Part shown: positions 36,407 through 49,109 of the stretch, one piece after another
Position numbering within the stretch: position 1 is the stretch's first letter
Layout of the letters: each line of letters begins with the position of its first letter
Assembly: GCA_976226885.1 (NCBI GenBank)
Contig: OZ320316.1
Location: 81,282,001 to 81,346,000, forward strand
DNA: 64,000 nucleotides
From: Iphione sp. A-MEVVRFRX5
Taxonomy: Eukaryota
Direction of reading: 5' to 3'
Position numbers and translations under genes: made by a program
The notes under the pieces: generated by a model
Told to the model about the DNA's origin: nothing
Databases searched by the model: none
The model's input: only the letters and a program-made list of their open reading frames with translations

Positions 36407-37861
36407 AATAGCGATCAGAGAGCATAGACCCACTCAAAGCCAAGAAAGCTATGAATAAACCACGTCTGACAGGATCAAAAACCAAATTCCAGTCAAAATA
36501 GTAAAAGTCATCTGCCAGGGCCCTAGCGGTAATCGGACCAAACGTCACCGACCCACTAGCCAAATGTGCCTCAAACTCTGCTTATTCCTTTTGCAAAGTC
36601 TACAATAGGTCACCATGTGAGCCTAAAGGAGGGAAACAATAATTATCACCTGTAAAAAACAATAATAAACAAGCTAAATCAGCATAAACAGGGAAAAGTC
36701 ACCGCTGATATTTATAGGGGCGTCATGGCGCTAGACGCGCACGACTGCAGAGACATCTAGCGGAATGCATCATCTCCCTCGGGCTAGCCCTCGTGGACTA
36801 GGAGAGAACTAAAGACGGTAATCATCTGCGACATGTCGGTCTTACTCCTCTATGAAATGACACATTTTCATGATGTTTATTTGTATTTTTTGTAGCTTTC
36901 AGAAGAAAATAACAGTAAATCTAAATTGCTTCCATCAGCAACGCGCCAGGTCAATAATGTCTGAAAGAAAACACTACCAAAAAAAGTTTTCTAAGGAAAT
37001 TTCAGTGGTTGTTACAAGAAGGCAGACAGATATACAAGCATTCCAGTCCTTATCAACAGAAAAAGGAGACTTTAAAAGGTAGTCATCATAATGATCGATC
37101 CAAATGATCGGCAGTTTGTAAAACATACAGTAAAACATAACTATTCTATCACTTGCTATTCAGCTACACCTAGTGATTCCAGGCAAAATTCTCTAGAATT
37201 GGATTGTTTCGTCTAAAATCTAATAGGTCAGTCCCTCAGTATTGCAGGTGTAAACCCAGGTGAAGAGGGATACCTTGCGACACCTGTTCTCCCACCTACC
37301 TTCAGTAGCATAACTACAGACTATAGTCTACTACACTGTAAGAAAAGGCGATTCAGTATGAAATTATTTCCTCATAATTGGTGAATTTTACATTTCCTCA
37401 TAAGGTAATTGACTGCAAATATGAAGGCCATGCAAATAATTATATAAGCGGCAACACTGAAAGTAGCAAAAAGGCTAGGTAGCAATTTGGTACGAGTCTA
37501 GGTTGCAAAACATCCTACGTCACTAAGTATTCCACCACCCTCATCATTGGAGGCATATTCACTTGGAACCACCCAATGTTGCAATGACAATCTTTCACGG
37601 TATATGTATCTTTATTTTTACACCTTTCTTAAACAGTTCACTCTATATACTAAACATCTGTAGGATATACCTAATAAAATGGAAGAATGATGCATGTATG
37701 CACATGGTTCAGATAATACATGAATAAATGTACATAAGTATGGACCCTCTGTCGCCCACGCTCTGTCTCTTTCTCTTTCTTACTCCTTATACCTCCCTGT
37801 CACATTTTGTGTCTGTTTACTGTTCTATCAGTTCTTTGTTTCTTGAGCTTCAATATTACAC

Positions 37862-38162
37862 CTAAAACCAAAAAATATATCTGTGTTTCCGGTGACATGT
37901 TGGAAAAATACAGGGTCGGTAGGTAGGGGTGTTTTATTTCTTATTTTTTTCATTGTTAATGGATCCTGGAAACAAAAGCGTACGGCAAGACCACTTTTAC
38001 TCCTCATACGTTAATAAAACTGATGAAAGCTAATGATCTATGCAACAAAATAATGTATAGTAAAATCAGTAACCTTATTCATTACCAAGACAAAACAATA
38101 ATGAAAGAAAATGTTCCCCGGGTACCAAAATCAGGGTTAGTCAGGAAACATAATTGACCTAA
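37862..38162. mobile_element. Probable MITE with imperfect TIRs (TGTGTTTCC core)
   Basis: Left end CCAAAAAATATATCTGTGTTTCCGGTGAC; right end (reverse complement) GGTCAATTATGTGTTTCCTGACTAACCC. Confidence 0.4.
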
Positions 38163-38759
38163 TAAATCAATTGCTACCATGATGTGCCTAATGGACCTTT
38201 TACCAAATATCGGATGCATATCTCAGGGAACATAATGAATCATTATGATCTGCTTCTTCGTAGATATCTGTTTTCCTTTTGAATACATTCAAAACTACGT
38301 ATTCTGATAGTTGTAGCTAAATTACTGTTGATATGCATGTAATATACTTTTTGATATAAAGCTATGATGAAGAATATATGCATTTCAACTTTGCATTTGG
38401 TAAATATTCATTTCGCACAAGTATGTTATGCATGTATTATGCAGAGAACATTGCATGCCAAAAATTGAGAGACTTCTAGATAATTACGAATGATAATCAT
38501 AAGGTTCAAATGCGGTTTCTTTTTTTATTGTCAATGGCTTCCATTGATCCTCTAGTAAAGGAAATGGAAGCGGAAATATTAGTGCAACGACATCTTTAAA
38601 GAAAAAGAAAAAAAATCATGTAACTGCGCATTATCTCATCTACACCAGCAAAGCTAATTGCACATGTACGACCTCTTATACAATTTTGTCTTATGCGCTC
38701 CGTTTGAAATGTATAGTTTATCTGGTCTACAATTAGCCAGCATTTCCATAAAGTACACC

Positions 38760-40290
38760 GTACGTGGGCGAGGACCACTTCCTTGGCCTCTTCCCTATCT
38801 GCGCTACCATACTACATGCTGTACGGCCGCTGCCATCATCAACATCGCGGTCGGCTCTCGGCCATCGCGGCCTCACAGCAAGCGCCCAGCACTGCCGCAA
38901 CCTCGCCGAGTACTGACGAAGCCGCCACCCCTGTGCCCAGACTCAAGCAGCAAGGTACTGCACTCAGCGTTTTGAAGGTTATGTGCGCTGATGGTTCAGT
39001 AACTTTAGGGCCCGGACAGTGCTGACTGGACGCCAGGGTGCTAAGACGGCTGGCAACCGCCTGTATGGCTGGCTAAGAGATCAATGAGACGCTTTATAGT
39101 GCTGTATTCCTTTCTTGCTTTTAGGCCCCTTCACCGCATCTCCCGATGCAGCCTCCTATACTTCATTCCAATCCTCCTTCCGTCGCCGCATCAGCCGGCA
39201 TCGGAAACGTCCGTTTCAGGGCCTTGCTGTGAACACTACATGGGCAGGCGGAGGCCGACTCTCTGGATTTGTGCACTGACTGTCGTCTGCCTGTAGCAAA
39301 CGACCAACCGCCTGCACTACTCACGGGGTGAGCTGTATCTTCTGCCAGGACTAATGAGCAGACGACATTTTGCTCATGCAGCTTAGCCGCCAGTCTATTT
39401 CACCATGTGAGGACCTAGGCGTCAGGGTCACACGTTCTATTAGGCTCTGCCTTCCCCACAAGGTAAAAAGATCTATCACACGTGCAATCATGAGAAATCG
39501 CTTTTCAGGGGACAGCTTCGGGGAAAATTAAAACCATCGTACCTGCCAGTCTATCGACAGGAATTGGCTGAGATTGGCAGCAGTTGGGACAGCTGCAGTT
39601 CAACTCTTGTGGAGGGACGGGCCGCAGCTGTACTACCTGTGGAGCGGGTGCATGGTGGGAGTGTCCGCTGTACATGCGTCGACTCCAGCTGCCACTAGAC
39701 GGCGTCCAGATAGTCCTGATCTTCCGATTCCTCCAGTGGGGAGCGGGACGGGTGGAAAGCCTGGAGCCAGCGCTACCGTACGCCCAGGCAGTAGGCCCGA
39801 GGCTGGCGTGGGAGAATACTCCATGGGACAGGCGTCGGCTACACTACAGAGGAGGATCCGGATTTTCCTTTGGCTATTGTTACCGTCACTGACAGAGAAG
39901 CCCCCTAAGGTTAACCCGTCTAATCTGAAGGGACAATACAGGAGAGGGGTTTGCCGGTGGATGTGAGTGCGGGTCAGCCCGCCTGATGCAGGTCTCCAGG
40001 CAGCCAGCACTACTCATTCGGAGGCCGCTGTGGAAGAGCTTCTTGCCTCGAGCCTGAAGGTAGGTGGTGGCTCCGTGTGCGCTTGGTGGTAGTTGTCATA
40101 ATTAGGTAGCCTCCCTCAGCCCAGTCTGTATCTTGTCCTTAAGCGGATGGCCAGACGAAAGATCGTTTTCATATGTCGTTGGCCGTTGGTCATAGCCCGC
40201 CAGCTCTGTGTTGGGTTCGGAGATTGACCCTAAGATAACCATAGACCCCATTTAACCCCAGTCCTGAACGCCTCCCTTGCCCTTCTCCTC
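38760..40290 (+). mobile_element. GC-rich relic, possibly a gag region of a YR (Ngaro/DIRS-like) retroelement
   Basis: Sharp GC/CpG-rich block. Fragments include QFNSCGG...CTTCGAGAWWECP (zinc-knuckle-like) and GSGFSFGY. No intact ORF. Confidence 0.3.
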
Positions 40291-42370
40291 CCGCAGCAGA
40301 ACGCGTAGCCTTCTCCCAACCACCATTGCCGCTGCCACTAACGTCCCGCCCCCGGCGCACACTCCTGGACCAGGATTTTGCGTGCTGTGCGGCCGCAGAT
40401 ATTCAATGACGTTGAATATTCCGACACTTTTTTCATCAGCTTTCTCCGAGGTTTCCTGTATCGATAAAAATCAGAAAATGTAGCTTTACGTTTCTTCATC
40501 TACCACCGGCACACTTCCCATTTTCTTCCCTTTAATTATAGACAGCCCCTTTTGAATATACTTGTCTTTGTGTCGTCATCACAGGGATCTTGCTTCTTCA
40601 TCTAATGCGCCGATCACTTTACATTCAACAAAATGCCAAAATTATCCGTTCTCAAAACCATATACAACTGCCATAGGTGTAGTGCAATTGGTACACCGTG
40701 CTGGTAATACGATACGCCATTCTTTACGCAGACTCTTCAGCAAGGCATTTGAATTAGCATATTTTGCTAAGCAGTCGTGACTGCTCCTAAATGATCCCTT
40801 TACTGCAATGCAATCAATGATAAGCTGAACGGGGTGTATAGATATTTCTCTATGATAATATATATTCATTAAAGGACTGACAAGACTATGTCAAATCATA
40901 AATGAACAATTGATAATCGCTTCCCGACACTAAATCTGCATTTGCGAAGTGACGTTTATTGGCTGTTGACGTTGAAAAAGGAGATATATGCCCATGTCCA
41001 TGTCCGTACTCCCTCATGTGTTTCGACAAATACCACTCGATATGACTGGCAGCACCGCCGACCGGCTAATCTTTTTAGTCGCGTTCTCAATACATTTGGC
41101 CAAATTGATATTTTTGTCCTATCGAAAACATAAATTACCTTCATTGGACACATATTGGTTCGATGTTACCTTTTACTCTGGATTTTACGTTACCGATATC
41201 TCAATTATTCTACTATTTCTGCACAATATGATTATATCCCGTTGCCCCAGTCAATTTTGAAGAATGACGTTTGGTCCAATTCATGTCAGGTCCATTCATT
41301 TCTAGTAACAGATAAGGACACCGTTTTCTGTCCTTTTTTACTTCTCCAGAACCCTTTCCAGCGTCGTTTGTTACGCATAGCATTGTTTGCACTTCTATTT
41401 AATTTTTGCGACACACCTGATAACGGTCTACGTCGTGTTAGCACTGTCGATGTACTTAGGAACCCCTCTCCGAGAGAAAAAAACTTGTGTCTGTGTCTAC
41501 GTTTATAATAACCACGGGCTGCGTGATGTACACCCAAAATCCCACACAATGTTTACTTTTTTAACTGTTGTATTTGGGGATTGGCCCTTCCAAAATATTC
41601 GAATGTTGTCTTGATCCCTATAAAGAAAGGCAATGCCCTCTTAAAACTTGTCTTCAGTGCCGAAATCAGGCCACTCCTGTTTCATGGTCGATCGTGGTAC
41701 ACAAATGGAAATAATGTTCAGTTATATTTCTACTACATGTCTATGTTAAATTTACTGCACAAGATTGGGTCATTCTGCAGCAGTGACACAGAGACATTTT
41801 CACTATATGGAACACTAGCAGCTGATACAAAAACATTCGCGTCACAATCATTCTGGGGAATTGTGACTGAAAAATGCTTTGGGTGGTAAACAGTTCACGG
41901 TATCCTACAAACGTGGAAGAAGGCCACCGTGCTCCTGACGTGGTTTGTCAGCAATGGCCTTATGGCGAGTGGCCAGAGGTTTACTTCCGACTAAATCATA
42001 TTACAGCCGACGGAGTAGTGTAGTTGGTATGGGCTCCATTCTGACTCGGCTGGCCCAACCCGTCCTGCTGATAACGTAATGCGAATCAAAAGGCAATCCG
42101 AATATGTGTGCGTTCAGATACCAGATAAATGCCATTTAGTTATGAAAAGACCACCATCTTGAAGAGCTGTGCATGCTCTGGCACTATTTCATTGGTGGAT
42201 GGACAAATGATGATAAATATTAGACACCTATCAACTGCAGTTATTCTTATGTGAAACGGTCTTTGGTTAATCGCCACTCACTTTACTATAATGATTATTT
42301 TGTGGTATTGCCAGGTACATTCGATCATTCTCCACTTGTGTATAGTCCTTCAAGGCTACGCCAATACAAG

Positions 42371-43080
42371 TCAAAAAGTACCCTTATGGTGACAGCTCGG
42401 TTGTGAAATAAAAGAAAAACGGTCAGCAAACGAACAACTGAGCCGAAGCTTTGAGTGCCCTGACCTGTTGCTGAAACAAGAAATCAATAGGACGTGAGTC
42501 GCCAACCTGACCCGTCTTTTAAGTAGCTGTAGTTGGGCCTGGCGGCTGAGCAGTCCACAACTGCCGGTAGGAGAGGGCTGCGGGCGTTGAATGTGCGGGT
42601 CTGTGTACACATACATCCACCAAGGCCCCGACCCCAGAGCTTTAAACCTGGCCAATGCGACCTGAATAAATGACTGCCCTTCCATTTTGTACAACCAATG
42701 CCTAATCTCACGTAAGCGCTCATGGTACAGGCTTCCATGCCCATACTTTAAAGTCCTCTGCGAACGCGTGCTCACTATTGAGCGAGCTGTTCGGTTGTTC
42801 TCCGGAGTGGGGGGGGGGGGCTGTCCTCGTATAGAACATCCGTGGAGCTCCTTGGTGTGGCCCCATTGATCCAGTCGTCGTGTCACTGGTCGGATGCACG
42901 TTGGCCGTCGGGCCGGCGGTAGCGATGAGGCTGACGCCGCTGTCACTGCATGTGTGTCTCAAGGGCGACAGCGAAGGCGTTCGTGGCGAAGGATCGAGTT
43001 CAAATGGTGGCTTTACACCTGCGTCGTTGTAGTCCGCTGCTGCAGTCGGCCGCAGTTTCCATGACAGCGCCACCCATCAC
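42371..43080 (-). mobile_element. GC-rich relic, possibly a degenerate gag of a YR retroelement
   Basis: Overlapping low-complexity ORFs. The fragment FKVWAWKPVP*ALT*D*ALVVQNGRAV resembles the KIW.G.YV...LL...L.V.NG stretch of DIRS/Ngaro gag. Confidence 0.3.
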
Positions 43081-46000
43081 GAGCAGGGCTCTAGAGCACC
43101 ATACTTTCGAATTAAAACCTGGAAGAGTATACATACCCCAATCCGTGGGGCCTCAAACGTGCTTGTTATTATTTATGAGATCGGGATTGCTCTAAAATAT
43201 GATGCGGTACACATCTATCAAAGCGTCAGAATGATCGATCCAAGCATCAGAATCGGGGGTTTCAAGCTCAGTTGAAACGGCATGAAACGTAAAATTATCA
43301 TTTCAAAATAAAGGTTGGAATCATGTAATATTAATCCATGATATTGATACCAATGAAGGTATGTAGTAATTTCTCTAAGTGCATTTCTCGATGTGGGTCT
43401 ATGGTGACCGTTCCAATGTTAATTGCATGGCTGTTACACTAACCCTGTTATTTATTATTTAATAAAAACGTCATGGTAAGTATATACATGTATTCTGTTC
43501 CGATATCAGGGCCTATGGAAGGTAGACAGGAACTGGTACATCGATTGAAAAGGACCGCATTTTGTGGAATGGACCACTTATTTCAAACGTGCTGTCAAAT
43601 AAACGTCTTGGACAAACTACAAGCTCTCTCCCCTGCGTCAAAATCCTTCATGCGTGTTAGTGCAGTCGATACATTTCATATGCAGGTGTGTTATATAATA
43701 TTGGTCATTCCAGTCCACATGTAGATACGTTGCTGCATTAAAGTACATGACATACATCATGGAGTCACTTGCACACCGGAAAACCAGGTGGCGATGCTAT
43801 CAAGGTGAACACTCTTGGTCAATAGTCATGAGACTGTCATCATGAGCATCATCCTGTGCCCATTCATACTTGTATCTATATAGCTGATGCAAATCTAAGG
43901 AAGAGATTGTTGGCACTTGACCATTCATAGTTGCAGCCCTACCATTCACATTACGCTGAGTTCATTGTACATACAGAACTATTAGCGGCACGCAATCCCA
44001 GCTGTCGTCTTTAAGGGTCTGATGTTTTTTTGCGTAGTATCACGATACATTCTACGCGATGTTTTCCGCATCCAAGATGGCCGGCGTGAATTTGCCACCC
44101 ATCGGGAAAGGTACAGCTTAGAACGTTGTAGTTAACAGATTCAGCGCTGCCGGTCCCTCTCACACGATCAATACCCACCACGAAGGTAAATTGGGAGGCA
44201 ACAACAGTAAAAGAAACTCAGTGACCTGTCCTATCATTTAGTCTGTCACGGTCAAAGACCGTTTATTTGCCCATATTGCTCAGGTGCAGTATGCTTACGG
44301 TGAGGCTTGCCTCATGAGTTGGCTTTATTTGCCTCACCGTGGGTGACGTTTAGCGTCTTTCAACTAGGAGCCCTGACGAAAAGCTCCAGTCTGTCGATTT
44401 GTCAGCATCTGGCCATGCTGCATTGGCTAGATACCTAAGTCTAAGACGACACTCTTAACCAGCCCTCTGACATCTGGGACACTTGGACGTCAAATGCATG
44501 GTCGCTTTAAATGCAGCTCCTCCATGCATTTGTGTCGCTTAGAAAAACTTGTGAGATAGCGCGTGATCGGGGGCCCTTAGCCTCAACAGACAGGTCGAAT
44601 AATGGTGTTAGAGGCAGTAGACTTCAGTCACACACATTCTCTGACCCGCAAACACTGCATCTGGTCGTCTCCTCTGCAGCTAAACTACACTACAGTCGAA
44701 CCATACATATCGCCTTCGTCCTATCCTTTCCCCCAATGCCTTTCTCTGCCGCTCAAGCAAACTGCTCCTCTTGGAAGCCTGCCTAATAAGAACCAATTGC
44801 CGCTATCGATTTGGATTGGTCAAATACCACGCTTCAGCGACACCTGCAGCCATAAAGAGGAATCAAGCATTCGTTGGCTGCACATCAGTCTACTACATCC
44901 ACAGAGGAGCTCAGGGCTGCACCTCTCTCCATACCCATTCCCATCGTACTTCTGCCACGCCGCCCTGAGGTAATTGCCGGCGGTTAATCGACCAACGAGT
45001 GGCCAATGTTGATGTGCAGACAATAGAAGCAATATCGATCATTTAAGAGAGGACTGACAGATTTAGTAAACCTGTCGGGAGCAAGCCCCCGCAATATAAT
45101 CATATTCGTTGCCCGCTGGCCCTTGGCCACGATCACGGCTGGAAAAAATACACAAGTCATAAGCGTAATATTTCAAGATAAGAATGGTAAGCATTTCAAA
45201 GGCGCGCGACGTGAATCATTAGCAAAAATTTCCACTTAACAAAGTTTATATCGATTAAACATGTCTAAATATGGAAATTCTGTTGTCACGCTATCAACTA
45301 GAAAATCACAACTCCTTGCAAAAGTGTGTGATTTGCTGAGTTCTAAAAATATCATACTGTTTTTCGCCCTCAAGGGGGAAGTAGCAATTTTATACCGTTA
45401 ATAAACAAAACTGCATTTTAAGAGTGATCTTTGCCTGGCGGCACTCTTTTGAAAGAACTAGCTGTCCTTTGTATGTATAAAGAGATAAACATATTTATAA
45501 AAGTCGAATGGGATATTTTAACTCGAAAACAGGGCCCTTTTAACACAGGCAATCTTGGTATTGAACCTAATTACAGTGTATATATTATATTCTACAGATG
45601 TTAGAGTTTGAAAGCATTACTGTTGGCCTTTTTGAGGAATAACATTTTTCGAGAGATAAAGATTTACAGCTACTCCCAGGAAATTCCAAGGAAGGATTTC
45701 GCATACAATTGTCAAAGCAATCGTAATTGGCACGAAATTTTCTGCTTTTCGGCATGAGCGAGTTCACTTCGAAGCGTGCTATTACATCAATCCTTTGATA
45801 GATAGGCCTACATATGACGAGGAATACAAGTGGGGTTATTCTTTGGCCCTAGAGTAAGGGTAACAGCGGAAAAACTTACACATTTACACAAGTCGCCATG
45901 TGTTTATTGTGGGCAACTACCAATCATCTAATTCGAGAATTTATCACGCCGTCACGATATGACGTAGTTAGTCCTTGAGGACTGAGGCTCCCCGCAGCCA

Positions 46001-48778
46001 CAAACACGAAGAACAGAGGTAGGTTTGTAAATGAGTGCGTAGAATGTGAAAGCGGAAGGGTGGAGGCCCCACGCTTCGACACCGACAAACGCCGTCCATG
46101 AGTACTCAACGCAGCGGCAGCAGGGACCACGGCGTCGGCAGAGCGATCAGCAACATCATCCAGGGTGCAGCGACGCCGGCTGAAGCAGCACAGTGTTGCA
46201 GGAGGTGTTTTGCAGACTTGTGTTCTGGGCAATAGACAGCCCATAGGATCTCCAGGGAGAAGGTGTAGAAGTTATATAACTCGTTAACCACTTATATCGT
46301 GGCAAATATTTGTCACAAGATATACATATCCCCAAACGTACAGGAGACATTTCACCTAATGTACTACAAATGTAATTGCAACGTATATCTATCCAGTAAG
46401 AATACGGACATAACTGACCCTTATTTCAGCACAAAGATTCTCGCACGAACAGAAACGCAAGAAAATGCTGATGCCAGTACGTAGGGTGAAGAAAGTGCGC
46501 AACCAAAGGCCCCTTATTTCTACCTTCTTTCTTGAACCCCCGATAATTTACTTTGCAAAATGATGTCCTTACATCAATTGAACACTTCCTCAATCATACG
46601 AATATATAATAGATTTTATGTCACTTCCATGTGTAAAATAATTATGAACGAACATTGTCTCGAATTTTGCATAAGTACAGGAACCTAAAATTGACCTAAA
46701 GATGGACGGAAAACCTGAGCCGGCCAAAAGTAGGACCTTTTGCGTACTTCTAATACAACAGGTCCGTGATTTGAGGTCGTATGCTTCCATCTTTCACAAT
46801 ACATTCCATGGCATCATCACAGCAGCTGGCCTCTAAATCATGCCACCAACCCGGACCTGGTTGCCCCCTGATAACCAAACCCGACGCCAGCTGCCGTAGG
46901 GGCCCAGCAATATTAAGGACAACCTTGGCCAACAATGTAAATGCCATGATTTAGTGGCCGAGTGGAGAGCTATGCTGTAAACGCGTCGAGATCTCTGTCA
47001 ATAGGAGGTGTATCGGTCTGTTCGGCCGTCGGCAGTAAATGAGCCTGCTGCAGTCATCGGCGGATGCTTCCTACTTGTCGGCATGTAGATCCTCTTTGTC
47101 AACGGCGGCTATGAAACCCGTCAGGCTGCCTGCACGGTCGGAGAGCGGCCAGCAGGACAGTAATCATCGAGCCAGACGCTTGTCAGCAGCCGAGCGCCAG
47201 CCGACCCCGGAGGACGCAGTGTCTCCAGGCGCTGTTCCTCATTACTGACCCTATAGTCTGTGTAGGACGCACCCGCTTCAGACTCCATTTGCTGTGCGTC
47301 CTCCGATACCGGCATTTCGCGTCTCACAACGATTGATGTGGGAATGTCCCGCAATACGAGTTAGTACAAACATGCAGCCCTCTTCCACGCCGAGCGGCCG
47401 TTTTAACCTTGGCTGAACTGTTCCCAAATAGCTGTTCTCCTGGTGGCTATAACGTAGAAGAAATGAGGATGTTATACGTAAAGGGTCCATTATCCGACAC
47501 TAAGTCAGACTACAGTGTTATCAGTAACTGTTGTAGGAGCTTAAACGACACGGACAAGTAAACGCGAATTCTATTATGTATGTGAAATATTTTATTCACC
47601 TGGATATTTCTGAATTCCTTCGTGATGGCTTGGTTCAAATGCGTAATATGCATTACTTTACTGAACCTATGATGCATTCGTGACTACCAACTGCAATTGA
47701 CTGTTTACCCGACTAATTCCGATGTTATTTCATGAGTAGACCAGAAGTGATCTTCCTATCAATTTTATCAACAATTGCCGTGAGAATCAGCCAATCTATA
47801 AAGGTATGATGACCATCAGCAAAGGCAAAGGAAAGAAGGTCTTCTGAGAGTGTCTTCTTATCAGACATCATTTGCATAAAATTTGTATCAAGGCAATGCA
47901 GAGAGGTCGGTGTTTACAACGATGTCCTGAATGATAATTGATGCACTGATGGCAGTGTCTTTTGTCATGTCCTATAGGGACAGCACACAAGTGACGTATT
48001 CGGCAAGGCCGACAGCTGAAGAGAATAACGCTTGAAACAGGTTTGATAAGAAGATAGCCGGTGTGGAAACAGCTCTGTGTGTCGTTCAATACAGCCGCTG
48101 GGCTCATAGTCAAGTCTTAACCGTTGTCTGTATGGAAGGCCGTACGACGTTAAAGCTGTTATTGCTGGTGCTGATGACAACGCAATACGTTCGTTGAAGA
48201 GAGGCTGGGGTGGGAGACGGCGTCTTGTTGAGTGCAGTCAGGATTCGGCCAGAGTCCCTAACGTCAACATCATACTTGGGTCCCAACAGAGGGTACGTAT
48301 ATGTCTATAAAGAAAGCGTTTCCCCAGAAGCATGTCGCATATTACAAAGCCAGAGAAACAGATACCTAGACCAGCCAGGCGGGTGATCCTGCTTGATCAA
48401 ATCAACATGTATGCGAGCATTTTTAGCTAGAGATTATTGTACTGAAATGCTGATCATAATTGCACGTAATTATATTCAGCGTGCATTATTTCAGCCGTCC
48501 TTTTTCATGCATGGGCCAACGGTAACATGGTGCTTGAGCTTCTCGTTGGGTGCTAGAAACCTTTAGGCAATGTTTCTAACTGGACTTGAACCCATTGATG
48601 ACGCATACGCATGTCCAGCTGAACTCACCATGCATTGCCAGCTTTAGGCCCGGTTTTCTTATATGCAGCGATGTCTGTGTGTGATTCTGTGTGGTTCTCT
48701 GCATTTTAATGGTATTATATAGTTTCCTGAAAGCATATTGATGCAATGGGACACCTATCTGTGATCTCCCAGTTTCTA

Positions 48779-49109
48779 TACAGTGGTCCCTCCATAACCA
48801 ATACTATTGGTTCCTATTGATTTCGTTAAATATATGGGAATTCTCAGTTTGGGGAACTATGTCAGCTAATTGTTCACATTTGATTCTGCAGAGTGTGTCG
48901 GCTAAGCAGAATATGTCAATTATAAAGTTGTTGGATTGGGGGGGGGCAATGTATATCTGAATGGACAGGTATGGAACATGCATGCACAGATACATGGACA
49001 TTTTGCCACGAACAGGCTGTCCGTGTTGTCTGAAAACGAGAATAGAGATCCAGTCCTATTCAAAGGTCCATAGACATGAAATGTGGGACTAGTTCCAATC
49101 TTGCACTGT
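48779..49109. mobile_element. Possible pogo-type MITE
   Basis: Left end TA-CAGTGGTCCC; right end (reverse complement) CAGTGCAAG. The internal GTCC/GGAC motifs resemble those of 54967-55141. Confidence 0.35.

Larger units (their letters stand above)
32185..36813 (-). mobile_element. DIRS1-type tyrosine-recombinase retrotransposon, structurally complete but inactivated
   Basis: Left ITR 36745-36813 and right ITR 32225-32292 with a 3' extension to about 32185. An internal complementary region lies at 32474-32595. The ORF order is gag, RT, RNase H, MT, YR. Multiple frameshifts and stops are present. Confidence 0.93.

Noticed and set aside
41470-41830. Three-exon minus-strand mini-gene with consistent phases
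   Set aside because: The last acceptor is poor, the product is short with no homology, and chance phase agreement is plausible.
44365-44395. Hammerhead ribozyme core (CTGACGA...), and the other CTGATGA sites seen
   Set aside because: None has the stem II-GAAA-stem III arrangement; this one is a simple hairpin.
45043-45544. Kolobok/piggyBac-type TTAA-flanked element
   Set aside because: The ends share only a few bases (TTAA..AGG.C.CTG), too little to support TIRs.
46950-47010. tRNA or tRNA-derived SINE head (TGGCCGAGTGG A-box)
   Set aside because: No convincing B-box or cloverleaf follows.
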